Origin: an uncultured Pseudomonadales bacterium
GTDB taxonomy: Bacteria > Pseudomonadota > Gammaproteobacteria > Pseudomonadales > UBA7434
Reading direction: 5' to 3'
Assembly: GCA_943787705.1 (NCBI GenBank)
Contig: CALSNL010000001.1
Coordinates: forward strand, 511,380-575,379
DNA length: 64,000 nt
Part shown: piece by piece, positions 20,074-33,138 of the stretch
Position numbering within the stretch: position 1 is the first letter of the stretch
Layout: each line of letters begins with the position of its first letter
Position numbers and translations under genes: made by a program
Notes under the pieces: generated by a model
Databases searched by the model: none
What the model was told of the DNA's origin: nothing
Seen by the model: only the letters and a program-made list of their open reading frames with translations

Positions 20074-21238
20074 TCTAATAAGCGTCATTAACCTATCGAA
20101 ACTGCTTATATGCGGTTTAGGTGTCTGCTATGCAAGTACTGTTATTGCTGAAACAAACAAACAACGACTGCCTGAATTTGAAGATGTTTATCGTATTGAA
20201 TTAATCATCTTTACGAATCGAAATAATTTAGATGCTTTTAGCGATAACGATGACAGCCCCGTTGCAGAGGATTGGAGTGCCAGTCTAGAATTAAGCTACC
20301 CTGATAAGCTCGTATTTTTACATCCTGCAAGACCAGAACCGGTTGTGCCAAAAGCTCCTGAAAGCACTATCGAGATTACGCCGCCTCAAAGAGAAGAACT
20401 GATTGAAACAATACCAGAGTCAGAAGTCATTTTAGTGCAAGAAGATACACGAACAGAAGTAGAAAAAGCATTAGCATCACTTCCACTTTTAGAGTATTTA
20501 GATTCAGAAACTCATTTGCTAAAGGATATGGCAAAATCTATTGGGCGTCGTTCTAATCATCAAATATTATTTCATCAAGCCTGGCATCAAGAGTTAGGGG
20601 CAGCAGAAATAGCACCTTCCATTCCGATTTCTGGCGGCGAGACTTTTGATAATCATCGTGAATTAGAAGGCAGCATTAAACTTAATAAAGATCGTTATCT
20701 GCATATCACTAGTGACTTATGGTTAACGCAATATGTTTTACGTAATGATGCCCAATGGGATAAGTTTACTGCAGAGCCGACTGAGAATAGTTTACTAGCG
20801 GCTAAGATAATTGATGTAAACCGAGTGCCTGATTTTCCTTTAGATGTTATTCGTATTGCTGAAGATACAGCGATTCGTGAAGCGGCATTGGCAAAGTTGT
20901 TAGAGGATGAGGCGCTTTACGAGTTTACGCTTGAGCAAGATAACCAGTCGGCTAATGCTCCACTTCCATTACCTATTGATGAATCATTAGATGCTGAATC
21001 TGGTGCGCTTGAGGCTGATATTGAGGTTGGTGTTGAGATTGGTGTTGAGGTACCGGTAAGTGAGGCCGCAGAGTTAAGTTTTGATTTTTTTGAGGCGAGT
21101 AAGACCTATGTGCTTAAAGAGCATAGGAAGATGAAACGCGCTGAGGTGCATTTTTTGGATCATCCGATGATGGGGCTGATTATTCAGATTACTAAATATG
21201 AAGTGCCAGTAAATGCTGAGAGTGATGAGGGTTCTTAG
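20060..21238 (+). CDS. CsiV-family peptidoglycan-binding protein with acidic insertions
   Basis: Signal peptide, YRIELIIF, ILFHQAWHQ, LEGSIKL..RYLHI and RKMKRAEVHFLDHPMMGLIIQI motifs; usual position downstream of mfd. Confidence 0.82.
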   Translation: MPALNLISVINLSKLLICGLGVCYASTVIAETNKQRLPEFEDVYRIELIIFTNRNNLDAFSDNDDSPVAEDWSASLELSYPDKLVFLHPARPEPVVPKAPESTIEITPPQREELIETIPESEVILVQEDTRTEVEKALASLPLLEYLDSETHLLKDMAKSIGRRSNHQILFHQAWHQELGAAEIAPSIPISGGETFDNHRELEGSIKLNKDRYLHITSDLWLTQYVLRNDAQWDKFTAEPTENSLLAAKIIDVNRVPDFPLDVIRIAEDTAIREAALAKLLEDEALYEFTLEQDNQSANAPLPLPIDESLDAESGALEADIEVGVEIGVEVPVSEAAELSFDFFEASKTYVLKEHRKMKRAEVHFLDHPMMGLIIQITKYEVPVNAESDEGS

Positions 21239-21299
21239 ATCACTGCGGTAGCTTTCGTGTGCGTTCTAGTTTTGTGTTATCTGATTTGGTTTTTCTTAC

Positions 21300-22295
21300 T
21301 TTTTGTTTAAGTTTTTAGTTCAAGGTCGTCGGGGTGGACCGACATAGCTCAAAATCTAGAATCTTTAGGCTCTATCTGATAGTGTTTCTTATATTCTGGT
21401 TTTTTTTGTTTATTGTTTGAATTTTCAATCAAGACCGTCGGGGGTGGCCCGACAGCCAGTCACTTTTTGTCTACAGCAACAAAAAGTAACCAAAAAATGC
21501 CGTAAGCTTAACGGCGAAGCTTAACCACGACGGGTGCATCTCGCAGTGTTTTCTGTCCAGCAGTTCCAGAGGGTTTATCGCCAAGCGGTATAGGGGGTAC
21601 TTTTTTTGTGCTGCACTTATATCAGCATTAAGCTCGATTTTAACTTTTAGAAAAATAGTAGTTCTACTATTCATAAGCCTTTGTTTAACTCTCACTCTTT
21701 CATCTTCCGCCCCACGCTACGCTCAATAATTTTTTAGGATAAAAAATTATTCTTTTGAGCTGTTGTTCTTTATTGCTCCTTTTTCTCTGCTCGGTTCTTC
21801 TAATATCTCTTTTGAGCGGCATGCGGAGCTCAATAGTAAAAAGCGGCCGTTAGGCACGGTTTTTACTTGTTCTAAAATAAAAAGAAGTCTACTGAACTTG
21901 TTCGTTGTAGCCTCATTGTGTTTTGAAAAGTCTGCGGAATCAGAATGATATTGGCTGGAGGCGAGCTCAGATATTGACGAGCAATTAAAGTCGAGTGAAA
22001 ATACGTTTTCGTAGGCACAGCTAAGATGTACTGGATAAAACCACCCCAAAGCGAATAGGTTATATCGGGGTCAATCTTCGTCAGATTGTGTGCTTTCTTT
22101 TGGTTACTTTTCTTTGCACAAGCACAGCGCTTAAGTTTGACTGCGCGCCTGTCGGGCCACCCCCGACGGTCTTGATTGAAAATCAAAAAATAAACTAAAA
22201 ATCCAGAATATAAAAACACTATCAATAAGTTTAAAGATCTAGACTCGGCCATGTCGGGCCACCCCCGACGAACTTGACCTTAAAAAACTCAAAAA
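21300..22295. repeat. Non-coding element with long imperfect inverted arms (MITE-like, or two facing copies of a structured repeat)
   Basis: Perfect 35-bp inverted repeat 21421-21455 / 22149-22183 within arms of about 200 bp. GTCGGG..CCGAC hairpins at 21328, 21437, 22151 and 22253. Confidence 0.85.
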
Positions 22296-22367
22296 AAGAG
22301 CCGCCCTTTCCGGCTAGGCTAAGCTAAGCAAAATCCCAAACCAACCCCAAGCCCTTAAAAAAAACTC

Positions 22368-22399
22368 AAAAAAAAAGCCGCTAAATCATTAGCGACTTT
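22368..22399 (-). terminator. Intrinsic terminator of clpA
   Basis: Minus strand GTCGCTAA-TGAT-TTAGCGGC followed by 9 T. Confidence 0.8.
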
Positions 22400-22423
22400 C
22401 TTAAGAGCTCAATTCCGCTCAAA

Positions 22424-24691
22424 TCAATCCTTACTAACCTTCAGCACCAACTGATCCTTCTTAACCGTAATATTAATCGTTCCACCACCAGCAGAAAGCT
22501 CACCAAACAACACCAACTCCGCCAACGGCTTCTTAATATGCTGTTGGATAACACGCGCCATCGGCCGCGCACCCATATGCACATCGTAACCTTTATCAAC
22601 CAACCATTGACGCGCCTTAGCATCAACTTCAAGCAATACAGACTTATCATCAAGCTGAGTTTGAAGTTGAATCAAGAACTTATCAACAACAGTTAAGATA
22701 ACATCTTCACTTAACGGATCGAACTGAATAATAGAATCCAAGCGGTTTCTAAACTCAGGCGTAAACATCTTATTAACGGCTTCCATTCCATCAGTACTGT
22801 GATCTTGATGAGTAAAACCAATACTACGGCGGCTAATTGATTCAGCACCAGCATTCGTCGTCATAATCACAACCACGTTACGGAAATCAGCTTTACGACC
22901 GTTGTTATCAGTCAGTGTGCCGTGATCCATAACCTGTAATAAGATATTAAAGACTTCAGGATGCGCTTTTTCAATCTCATCTAAAAGAACAACACAATGT
23001 GGGTTCTTAGTAACGGCATCTGTCAGTAAACCACCTTGATCAAAACCCACATAACCAGGAGGCGCACCAATTAAACGCGATACCGTATGACGCTCCATAT
23101 ACTCTGACATGTCAAAACGAATAAGCTCCATACCCATAACCGAAGCTAACTGGTTACTGACTTCTGTTTTACCAACACCCGTTGGACCGGCAAATAAGAA
23201 CGAACCAATGGGCTTGTCTGGTGAAGTTAAACCCGCTCGTGATAACTTAATAGCCGCAGAAAGTGCTTCGATAGCAGGATCTTGACCAAAAACGACATGC
23301 TTAAGGTTCTCTTCTAACTTGCCAAGCGAGTCACGATCTGAAGAACTGACATGCTTAGGCGGAATATGAGCGATTTTAGCGACTACTGATTCTATTTCAG
23401 TAACACCAATTTTCTTTTTACGCTTGCTCGCAGGTATTAAGCGCTGATAAGCACCCGCCTCGTCAATTACATCAATCGCCTTATCCGGTAAAAAGCGCTC
23501 ATTAATATAACGGGCCGCTAAATCTGACGCTGCACGTAAGGCTTTATCGGTGTAAACAATATCATGATGCGCTTCAAAATTAGATTTAAGACCTTTGAGT
23601 ATTTTATAAGTGTCATCAGCACTCGGCTCATTAACATCAATTTTCTGGAAGCGACGCGATAATGCGCGATCTTTATCAAATATAGAGCGATATTCTTGGA
23701 ATGTGGTAGAACCTAAGCAGCGTAAATCACCCGAACTTAATAATGGCTTGAGTAAATTCGACGCATCCATAACACCGCCAGAAGCGGCTCCGGCACCAAT
23801 AATCGTATGAATTTCATCAATAAAGAGCACTGAATCATCACGCTTTTTCAATTCGCCAAGTAGCGCTTTAAAACGTTTCTCGAAGTCACCACGGTATTTT
23901 GTACCGGCTAGTAATGCACCTAAATCCAACGAATAAATAATACTGTTTTCGAGTATTTCAGGTACTTCGCCATCAACAATGCGCTTAGCAAGACCTTCGG
24001 CAATGGCTGTTTTACCAACGCCAGCCTCACCCACTAATAAAGGATTGTTTTTGCGGCGACGTGACAATATTTGAACGGTGCGCTCAACTTCGTCATGACG
24101 ACCAATTAATGGGTCAATTCGACCAGACTCTGCCTCTGCATTTAAATTAACGGCATATGCTTCTAAAGGATTCTTTGAAGTGCCTCCTTCAGCCGCGCCA
24201 GAATCTTCTCCAACCGAGTCACCATCTTGCTCAGAAGGCGCGTCACTTTGCCCTGCAACTTTCGAGATGCCGTGACTAATGTAGTTAACTATATCGATTC
24301 GGGCGACGCTTTGATCCTTCAGTAAGTAAACCGCTTGGCTCTCTTGCTCACTAAAGATAGCGACCAAAACATTAGCACCGCTAACTTCTTTTTTACCTGA
24401 AGATTGGACATGAAAAACGGCACGCTGAAGTACACGCTGAAAACCCAGTGTTGGCTGAGTGTCTCGCTCTTCATCTTCTACGTTAAGTAAGGGGGTGGTT
24501 GAATTAATAAACTCAACCAGACTAGAACTTAATTTTTTGACTTCTACACCACAGGCGGTGAGAACATCAGATGCATCTTGATTATCAAGCATTGCTAATA
24601 ACAAATGCTCAACAGTCATAAATTCATGTCGCTTATTGCGAGCAACTTTGAATGCGCTATTGAGAGTGCTTTCTAGCTCTTTATTGAGCAT
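22424..24691 (-). CDS. clpA: ATP-dependent Clp protease ATP-binding subunit ClpA
   Basis: [13 protein letters not shown]-domain; two AAA modules with GEAGVGKT and GPTGVGKT. Confidence 0.97.
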   Translation of the reverse strand: MLNKELESTLNSAFKVARNKRHEFMTVEHLLLAMLDNQDASDVLTACGVEVKKLSSSLVEFINSTTPLLNVEDEERDTQPTLGFQRVLQRAVFHVQSSGKKEVSGANVLVAIFSEQESQAVYLLKDQSVARIDIVNYISHGISKVAGQSDAPSEQDGDSVGEDSGAAEGGTSKNPLEAYAVNLNAEAESGRIDPLIGRHDEVERTVQILSRRRKNNPLLVGEAGVGKTAIAEGLAKRIVDGEVPEILENSIIYSLDLGALLAGTKYRGDFEKRFKALLGELKKRDDSVLFIDEIHTIIGAGAASGGVMDASNLLKPLLSSGDLRCLGSTTFQEYRSIFDKDRALSRRFQKIDVNEPSADDTYKILKGLKSNFEAHHDIVYTDKALRAASDLAARYINERFLPDKAIDVIDEAGAYQRLIPASKRKKKIGVTEIESVVAKIAHIPPKHVSSSDRDSLGKLEENLKHVVFGQDPAIEALSAAIKLSRAGLTSPDKPIGSFLFAGPTGVGKTEVSNQLASVMGMELIRFDMSEYMERHTVSRLIGAPPGYVGFDQGGLLTDAVTKNPHCVVLLDEIEKAHPEVFNILLQVMDHGTLTDNNGRKADFRNVVVIMTTNAGAESISRRSIGFTHQDHSTDGMEAVNKMFTPEFRNRLDSIIQFDPLSEDVILTVVDKFLIQLQTQLDDKSVLLEVDAKARQWLVDKGYDVHMGARPMARVIQQHIKKPLAELVLFGELSAGGGTINITVKKDQLVLKVSKD

Positions 24692-24740
24692 GTTTACTAC
24701 TACCTCGTACTACTAACTCTTATATTAAAAACAAAGAACA

Positions 24741-25121
24741 TTATTCTTCTTTAAATGACTCTATTTCACAAAGAAGTGGATGCTGGCTTTCTCTGGCATA
24801 TTGATTAACCAAAGACGCTTTTGTTTCTGCAATATCTCGTGTGTAAGAACCACAAACTGCTCGACCCATGGTATGTACTGTTAACATAACTTTGGTAGCT
24901 GCTTCACGATCTAAATTGAAAAACGTTTCCATTACTTCAACTACAAACTCCATTGGCGTGTAGTCGTCGTTCAACATAACAACGTTATACATTGAAGGTA
25001 CTTCGAGTTTGGGTTTAGAAACCTCAACCGCAAACGCTAGATCACCGTCATGCTCGTCATCTGCTGCATCACCGCTCATTAATAAGGGTAGTAGAAATTG
25101 ACTATTTTGAGAGTTTTTCAT
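24741..25121 (-). CDS. clpS: Clp protease adaptor ClpS
   Basis: [23 protein letters not shown] and HPLLC motifs; upstream of clpA. Start uncertain. Confidence 0.95.
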   Translation of the reverse strand: MKNSQNSQFLLPLLMSGDAADDEHDGDLAFAVEVSKPKLEVPSMYNVVMLNDDYTPMEFVVEVMETFFNLDREAATKVMLTVHTMGRAVCGSYTRDIAETKASLVNQYARESQHPLLCEIESFKEE

Positions 25122-25382
25122 GTTATTTTTTTTCCACTTAATGCGAAAGATGCTACCTATCATACAGCTTGTTCAACTTTTAAGCTGTTGGGTTTTTACT
25201 TGACTATTTATGCTACAGGCGTTAAAAAGAGTCTGTTACAGCCTGCACAATTAAGCCAAGTCGTTGATTATACACTTATTCTTGTTTTTCTCTATAGTTT
25301 CAACACCTTAATTCAATAGAGAAACAGCAAAATAAGATAAAGAAACGATAAGGATAACGACTGAATTGAAGGATTAACTATT

Positions 25383-25697
25383 ATGCAAACAGGTGTGGTG
25401 AAATGGTTCAATAACGCCAAAGGATACGGCTTTATTTTAACCGATATAGAAAACAAAGATGTATTTGCACATTATTCGGCAGTCGAAATGGACGGTTATC
25501 GCACATTAAAGGCTGGCCAGTGTGTTGCTTTTCAAGCCGTTGATGGTCCCAAAGGCCTTCATGCTGCCAGCATAACTATTCTCGCCGAAGCTCCAGATAT
25601 TAGTGGCGAGTCAAAAGATGCCGCTATCAGCTCCAACGCTGAACCATCTAAGGAAGCCAATTATAACGCTAACAAAGAAGCCGAAGCTGCTATTTAG
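25383..25697 (+). CDS. cspD: Cold-shock domain protein CspD
   Basis: GVVKWFNNAKGYGFI and VFAHYSAVEMDGYRTLKAGQ motifs; divergent from clpS as is usual for cspD. Confidence 0.92.
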   Translation: MQTGVVKWFNNAKGYGFILTDIENKDVFAHYSAVEMDGYRTLKAGQCVAFQAVDGPKGLHAASITILAEAPDISGESKDAAISSNAEPSKEANYNANKEAEAAI

Positions 25698-25763
25698 CGC
25701 CCAGTCAATGACTTAGCTCAATGCATTGAATATGGACATTAGAGTATTACAATAAGCAGATAC

Positions 25764-25793
25764 AAAAAAGCCGACGCAAACGTCGGCTTTTTT
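25764..25793. terminator. Bidirectional intrinsic terminator between cspD and icd
   Basis: AAAAAA-GCCGACG-CAAA-CGTCGGC-TTTTTT. Confidence 0.9.
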
Positions 25794-25827
25794 GTGCGCT
25801 AACCACTTTCTTGGCAAGCGACAACAG

Positions 25828-27084
25828 TTACTTCATATGCTTAATAATGGCATCGCCGAATTCTGAACACTTAAGCAGTGTTGCATCATCCATTAAACGC
25901 TCAAAATCATAGGTGACTGTTTTTGCAGCAATTGCGCCTTCAACGCCAGATACCACAAGATCAGCCGCTTCATTCCAGCCAAGATGACGCAACATCATCT
26001 CTGCAGACAAAATAACTGAACCTGGGTTTACTTTATCCTGACCAGCATACTTAGGCGCAGTACCGTGAGTCGCTTCAAACAAAGCAATATCGTCAGATAA
26101 GTTTGCACCAGGCGCAATACCGATACCACCAACCTGAGCAGCAAGTGCATCAGAGATGTAATCACCATTAAGGTTTAAGGTTGCAATAACGCTGTATTCG
26201 TCTGGACGCAATAAGATTTGCTGCAACATAGCATCAGCAATAACATCTTTTATGATGATCTCTTTGCCAGTAACAGGGTTTTTCATGGTCATCCATGGGC
26301 CACCGTCTAAAAGCTCAGCACCGAACTCCTCTTTAGCAAGCTCGTAGCCCCACTCTTTAAAGGCACCTTCGGTAAACTTCATGATGTTACCTTTGTGAAC
26401 CAATGTCACAGACGGTAAATCTTGATCAATACAATATTGAATGGCTTTACGAACTAAGCGCTTAGTCCCTTGCGATGACACTGGCTTAACACCAATACCG
26501 CAATCTTCAGGGAAGCGAATTTTTGAAACACCCATCTCATCACGGAAAAAGGCAATAACTTTATCGGCTTCTTCTGAACCGGCTTTCCACTCAATTCCGG
26601 CATAAATATCTTCTGAATTCTCACGGAAGATAATCATGTCAGTTTTTTGTGGCTCTTTAACCGGTGAAGGTACACCTGTAAACCAGCGCACTGGACGCTG
26701 ACAAACGTATAAATCCAATTCTTGTCTAAGAGCAACGTTCAAAGAGCGGAAACCACCACCGACAGGCGTCGTTAATGGTCCTTTAATAGCCACTTTATAT
26801 TCGCGAATAGCGTCAAGAGTTTCTGCTGGGAACCAATCACCTTCGTATTTCTCAGCGGCTTTTTCGCCGTTATAAATTTCCATCCAAGCAATTGAGCGCT
26901 TGCCGCCATAAGCTTTAGCAACGGCTGCATCTGTTACTGCTAGCATTGGTGGAGTAACGTCTACACCGATTCCATCACCTTCAATATAAGGTATGATTGG
27001 GCAATCAGGCACAGAAATTGAGCCGTCGGTATTGGTAGTGATTTTAGCGCCATCTGCAGGCACAACAATATGTTGATATCCCAT
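25828..27084 (-). CDS. icd: NADP-dependent isocitrate dehydrogenase (dimeric type)
   Basis: [32 protein letters not shown] and [12 protein letters not shown] motifs. Confidence 0.97.
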   Translation of the reverse strand: MGYQHIVVPADGAKITTNTDGSISVPDCPIIPYIEGDGIGVDVTPPMLAVTDAAVAKAYGGKRSIAWMEIYNGEKAAEKYEGDWFPAETLDAIREYKVAIKGPLTTPVGGGFRSLNVALRQELDLYVCQRPVRWFTGVPSPVKEPQKTDMIIFRENSEDIYAGIEWKAGSEEADKVIAFFRDEMGVSKIRFPEDCGIGVKPVSSQGTKRLVRKAIQYCIDQDLPSVTLVHKGNIMKFTEGAFKEWGYELAKEEFGAELLDGGPWMTMKNPVTGKEIIIKDVIADAMLQQILLRPDEYSVIATLNLNGDYISDALAAQVGGIGIAPGANLSDDIALFEATHGTAPKYAGQDKVNPGSVILSAEMMLRHLGWNEAADLVVSGVEGAIAAKTVTYDFERLMDDATLLKCSEFGDAIIKHMK

Positions 27085-27407
27085 GTTAAGGAGTACTCCG
27101 TTAAAATTACGTTTGCTGCTACGTTTTGGTTAAAAGACGTGGTTAAAATGTTTCTTGCCGAAGCCTAGCCACGACAGCCTATAAATCTGATCAACGCTAA
27201 CGGCCAACCCAATACGCTCTAACGTTGAAACAACAGTTAGCTCGCGGGTGGATAATGACAGTAGCGGAAGCTTATAATGCGCGTTTTTGCGGGCAGCATT
27301 ATAGCATCGCAAAAGCGGCAGTGTCGCCTCTCAGGGCTGATTTAAGCGCTTTACTACCAATAAATACCGAGCCAATCACCACTACTAAGTAAAATAGGAT
27401 TTTCGCA

Positions 27408-28070
27408 TTGGAGATTTTACTGTTCAACAAGCCCTATCAAGTTCTCTGTCAGTTTACTGACAAGAAGAATAATGTGACGATTACAGGCGAAGATGCGAAC
27501 AGCTCATCGCCTAAGCGAGACACACTTTCTCTTTTTATTGACCGACCTAACTTCTATCCAGCCGGCCGACTCGACTTTTTATCTGAAGGGCTTTTAATAC
27601 TGACTGATAACGGAGAGCTCCAAGCGCGTATAACCGAACCTGGCCAAAAAATGGAGAAATCATACTGGGTGCAAGTAGAAGGTGCACCTTCAGAAGCGGC
27701 CTTAATTCAACTAAGAAAAGGCGTTATTCTCAACGATGGACTAACCCTTCCCGCTCGCGCTGAAATAATCGAAGAACCGAATACTTTATGGGCTAGACAG
27801 CCGCCCGTTATCGACCATCGACAACAAAACAGTCAGTGGATTAACATTAGCATCAAACAAGGTAAAAACCGTCAAATAAGACGTATGATGGCCAGCGTTG
27901 GCCACCCAGTACTGCGTCTAATACGACACCAAATAGGCCCATGGAAACTTGATGACTTACACTCAGGCGAAAGTCGAATGGTTAAGGTTAATTTACCCGC
28001 TGCAGCCAAAAAGCCAAATACTCGGCATAAACAACGCCCTGCAAAATTCAAAAAAAAAGCTAAACTTTAA
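27408..28070 (+). CDS. rluE: 23S rRNA pseudouridine synthase E
   Basis: LFNKPYQVLCQF, YPAGRLD and GKNRQIRRM motifs; divergent from icd as in E. coli. Confidence 0.85.
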   Translation: MEILLFNKPYQVLCQFTDKKNNVTITGEDANSSSPKRDTLSLFIDRPNFYPAGRLDFLSEGLLILTDNGELQARITEPGQKMEKSYWVQVEGAPSEAALIQLRKGVILNDGLTLPARAEIIEEPNTLWARQPPVIDHRQQNSQWINISIKQGKNRQIRRMMASVGHPVLRLIRHQIGPWKLDDLHSGESRMVKVNLPAAAKKPNTRHKQRPAKFKKKAKL

Positions 28071-28149
28071 ATAATAATCAACAGCTTTATAAAAACACAT
28101 CCAAAGCTGAATCTATTCCCAATTAAAAAGGTAGATTAAAATCAAAGAT

Positions 28150-28641
28150 ATGAGCACAGAAATTATTCAGACAATTTCAGACAATGAAACGCTTAGTTTT
28201 AATCCTCACGTTACCGTAGCCGCCGTTATAGAGCGTGATGGTCGATTCTTAATGGTTGAAGAATACTCATCTGAGGGGCGTGCAGTTATTAACCAGCCTG
28301 CCGGACACCTTGAGGCTGATGAAAATTTGATTGAAGCAGCTGTGCGAGAGACATTAGAGGAAACGCGCTGGAACATCGAGATTACCGGCCTGCTCAATAT
28401 GAACCTTTATTTATCGCCTAATAACGGCGTCACCTACCACAGAACCACATTTATAGGGACAGCCATTAGCGAAGACCTAAACGCAGCTCTAGATGATGGC
28501 ATTATCCAAGCCCTATGGTTAACGCCTGCAGAGATCGAAGCTCGCCATGAGCAGCATCGCAGCCCTATTGTTAGCAAAGCTATTCAGCAATACCTTAATG
28601 ACCCGCATTATCCTTTGGCCATGATTAACGATTACCGTTAG
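28150..28641 (+). CDS. nudJ: Nudix hydrolase NudJ
   Basis: PHVTVAA and Nudix box [25 protein letters not shown]; upstream of mnmA. Confidence 0.85.
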   Translation: MSTEIIQTISDNETLSFNPHVTVAAVIERDGRFLMVEEYSSEGRAVINQPAGHLEADENLIEAAVRETLEETRWNIEITGLLNMNLYLSPNNGVTYHRTTFIGTAISEDLNAALDDGIIQALWLTPAEIEARHEQHRSPIVSKAIQQYLNDPHYPLAMINDYR

Positions 28642-28730
28642 AATGGTCACCGCTTAAGACTGCCGGCGCCAGCCTTAGCGCCACAAATATCCATTGCGCG
28701 CCCAACTATCATGAGATACCCCTTTTTAGC

Positions 28731-29810
28731 ATGAGTAAAGTGATTGTCGGCATCTCCGGCGGCGTTGATTCTTCCGTAACTGCATTAGAACTGCTCAATC
28801 AAGGGCATAATGTCGAAGCCTTGTTCATGAAAAACTGGGACGAAGATGATGGCACAGAATACTGTACCGCTCGGACTGATCTCGAAGATGCGATGCGTGT
28901 CTGTGACAAACTCAATGTCGAATTACACACCGTCAACTTTGCCCAGCAATATTGGGATAATGTATTTGAGCATTTTTTAGCCGAATATAATGCCGGCCGC
29001 ACGCCCAACCCAGACGTATTGTGTAATCGAGAAATCAAATTTAAAGTCTTTGCCGATTACGCCGAAAAGCTCGGTGCCGATTTTATAGCCACAGGCCACT
29101 ACGCCAGAACCTCTCATAGCAGTGAAGGCACCCGCTTACTTAAAGGGCTCGATCATAATAAGGATCAGAGTTATTTCCTGCATGCAGTTTCACATCAACA
29201 GCTCGCGAAAACACTCTTTCCTATTGGTGAAATGGAAAAGTCAGCCGTGCGTGCCATCGCTAAAAAAGCCGATTTAGTCACGCACGATAAAAAAGATAGC
29301 ACCGGCATTTGCTTTATAGGCGAGCGACGCTTTAAAGACTTTTTAGAACGTTACCTACCAGCAAACCCAGGACCGATTATCGATAATAACGGCAACCCAA
29401 TGGGAAAACATAGCGGACTAATGTTTCATACCATTGGCCAGCGACAAGGACTTGGCATTGGTGGCGTGGCTAACGCCGCTCAAGCACCTTGGTATGTGGC
29501 CGAAAAGCGGCTTGTAGATAACACTTTAATTGTGGTGCAGGGCAACAACCATGAGTTGCTTTTCACCAACAGCCTAACGGCCATCGATAGCCATTGGATT
29601 GGTGAAGAACCTACACTGCCGCTAAAATGCAAAGCCAAAACACGCTACCGACAAGAAGATCAAGCCTGCACCATTGTCAGCGCTGATAATGGTCAGCTGT
29701 GTGTCGAATTTGACGAACCTCAACGCGCCACAACTCCTGGTCAATATATCGTTTTTTATGTTGACGACCATTGTCTTGGCGGCGCCGTTATTCAACAAGC
29801 GTTTAAATAG
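28731..29810 (+). CDS. mnmA: tRNA 2-thiouridine(34) synthase
   Basis: [27 protein letters not shown] and DSTGICFIG motifs. Confidence 0.97.
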   Translation: MSKVIVGISGGVDSSVTALELLNQGHNVEALFMKNWDEDDGTEYCTARTDLEDAMRVCDKLNVELHTVNFAQQYWDNVFEHFLAEYNAGRTPNPDVLCNREIKFKVFADYAEKLGADFIATGHYARTSHSSEGTRLLKGLDHNKDQSYFLHAVSHQQLAKTLFPIGEMEKSAVRAIAKKADLVTHDKKDSTGICFIGERRFKDFLERYLPANPGPIIDNNGNPMGKHSGLMFHTIGQRQGLGIGGVANAAQAPWYVAEKRLVDNTLIVVQGNNHELLFTNSLTAIDSHWIGEEPTLPLKCKAKTRYRQEDQACTIVSADNGQLCVEFDEPQRATTPGQYIVFYVDDHCLGGAVIQQAFK

Positions 29811-29870
29811 CCTGAAGCCAGTAACTCAAAAGCCTTAAGCTAGTAATTTAATAGCCTTAAGCTGGCCATC
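29806..29870. repeat. ~22-bp degenerate tandem repeat, 3 copies (AAWAGCCTKAAGCYRG...)
   Basis: aaatagcctgaagccagtaactc aaaagccttaagctagtaattt aatagccttaagctggccatc. Confidence 0.6.
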
Positions 29871-30017
29871 AACTTACCCTAGAGCATAGGCGTAAAAGCC
29901 TACAAGCTTTGATATGCCTGCAATAGAGGTGAATTTGCACAGCCTCAGCAATTGACTCAAACAAGGCTTTTGCGCATAGTAGCGAGCTCAAATAAAGCCG
30001 CTTATTAAGCCCATTAA

Positions 30018-31439
<1,422 letters not shown>

Positions 31440-31443
31440 GACT

Positions 31444-31480
31444 AAAAAAAGGCTGGACATTAAATGATTAATGTTCAGCC
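31444..31480 (-). terminator. Intrinsic terminator between convergent purB and cysH
   Basis: GGCTGGACATTAA / TTAATGTTCAGCC stem preceded by an A7 tract (U tract on the minus strand). Confidence 0.7.
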
Positions 31481-31551
31481 CTCAATCTCAAATAAGAAAA
31501 TACGAATAAAAAGATAAAAAGATAAAAAGCATAAACGAGGAAAAACTTGTT

Positions 31552-32172
31552 TTATGCTGAAGTATGAAGCCCGCATTCACGGCCATCTTGAACCTTAGTC
31601 GGATCAAAATAATGCCTGCAAGATAACAGCTCATTGTCTTTCATGTATTCTTCAACTTGCTTGTCTGACCAGTAAAACAATGGCGCCACTTTCAAAATAC
31701 CGCGCGCATCCCAGCTTAAGACATCCAATGATTTACGATGCTCCGTTTCTTGCTGACGAATACCCGTAATCCAAATTTCTGGTGCCCACTCGCTAATCGC
31801 ACGGTTAAAAGGCTCTAATTTAACCTGCCGAGTAAACTCGGTATGCATATCTTCATCGTCCATAGTCGGAATTCCGCCCATAACCGCGTTACGGCGCTCG
31901 GAAGTCATAAGGGGTGAATAGACATGGTAATCAAGAGGAATACGCTTAATCAGCTTATCGGCGACCACATAGGTATCGCGAAGGTTGTAACCAGTATCGA
32001 CCCAAACAGTGGGAACCGTTTGATCAACCTGACTAATGACATTGAGCATGACGGCAGCATTTTTACCAAAGCTGGTAGTCGCTATAGTCTTTTTACCTTG
32101 CGACAGCGCCCAGGCAACAATTTCTGTCGCGCTGGCATCATGAAGCTGCTGGTTAATTTTCTCAATATCCAC
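31552..32172 (-). CDS. cysH: Phosphoadenosine phosphosulfate reductase family protein
   Basis: TTSFG, VWVDTGY, QVKLEP, WITGIR and C-terminal RECGLH; no CC..CxxC Fe-S motif. Start uncertain (GTG 32172; ORF extends to 32250). Confidence 0.85.
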   Translation of the reverse strand: MDIEKINQQLHDASATEIVAWALSQGKKTIATTSFGKNAAVMLNVISQVDQTVPTVWVDTGYNLRDTYVVADKLIKRIPLDYHVYSPLMTSERRNAVMGGIPTMDDEDMHTEFTRQVKLEPFNRAISEWAPEIWITGIRQQETEHRKSLDVLSWDARGILKVAPLFYWSDKQVEEYMKDNELLSCRHYFDPTKVQDGRECGLHTSA

Positions 32173-32366
32173 GTTCAAACAATCTTGTATGCTTACAGGC
32201 GAATTGATAGCCCATTTCTCAGCCGTGCAATTTAGCCGAAAGCGTAGCAAACGACAAATACTTTAATGTCATAAAGTTATAACAAAATAGCTGGTTAACC
32301 AATTCAAGTTATTACGAATAAGAGTTCATAAAGCCAAGCGGCGGGTTTTTAGGGCTATCAACAGCG

Positions 32367-33080
32367 CTAATGAATTTCGAACGTTGCCAGAATATTCGAC
32401 TCGACACCAATACTGCCTTTTGACGTCGTCGCTGAAGACTCATCACTAGCCAAAGCCATGCGCGCTTTAAATACCGGCGCAGCGCGTGAGCCCTGCTCTT
32501 TAAGATCAATAAGACCTACAAACTCTCTGCCGCTAGCCTTAGCTAAAAGTCTGGCTTTTTGTTCAGCATTTTTATAAGCCGCCTCTAATGCCTGCAACGA
32601 TAATTCCTCTTGCTGACTAGAGGCTAATCGCACCTTCTCAAAGCGGATAACATCTAACTGACCTAACGACTCCATAATGGCGCCGTATTGATCAATATTC
32701 ATTAACCTTACGGCAACATTACGCTTAGCATCATGCCCTATAATTTGTCGCTGTCGCTCATAGTCAACAACGGGGCTAATGGACAAATCCATTGCTTGGA
32801 CATCTTTTTTAGGAATATCAAACTGATTTAACGCCGCCATAACTTGCTGCATTTTTTGTTCAACTTTTTTATAAGCCACGCCTGCGGTTGGCGCTCTGGC
32901 ATCTACCCCTATAACAAAGTGAATCTGATCAGGCTCAACACTCACACTGGCATTGCCCTGAACCACTATCGTTTTAACGCTATGACTTTGATCGTAATCA
33001 GAAGCTAGTACTAAAGAAAGCGGCGCAAAAAACACCAAGGTCATTAACCCTACTTTGAAAATATTCATTATCGACTCCAA
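32367..33080 (-). CDS. SIMPL (DUF541/YggE-like) periplasmic protein
   Basis: Signal peptide, IVVQGNASVSVEPD and ALEAAYKNAEQKARLLA motifs. Confidence 0.85.
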   Translation of the reverse strand: MESIMNIFKVGLMTLVFFAPLSLVLASDYDQSHSVKTIVVQGNASVSVEPDQIHFVIGVDARAPTAGVAYKKVEQKMQQVMAALNQFDIPKKDVQAMDLSISPVVDYERQRQIIGHDAKRNVAVRLMNIDQYGAIMESLGQLDVIRFEKVRLASSQQEELSLQALEAAYKNAEQKARLLAKASGREFVGLIDLKEQGSRAAPVFKARMALASDESSATTSKGSIGVESNILATFEIH

Positions 33081-33138
33081 CGCAAAAGATCATATTCATT
33101 CAAATTTAAAGTGATTAGCAATAGACAGCAAACACTCA

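Noticed and set aside
21471..22252. ORFs 21471..21695, 21747..22049, 21763..21948 and 21872..22252 as proteins
   Set aside because: They overlap each other and run through the repeat arms (KSNQKK is just the AAAAGTAACCAAAAG core translated). No family motifs are visible. A small toxin-like peptide cannot be fully excluded.
21300..22295. Autonomous IS element
   Set aside because: No transposase-like ORF (no DDE or HUH motifs) and no clear target-site duplication by eye.
27130..27312. 60-aa ORF upstream of icd
   Set aside because: Lies in the divergent icd/rluE promoter region, with no RBS or recognisable motif.
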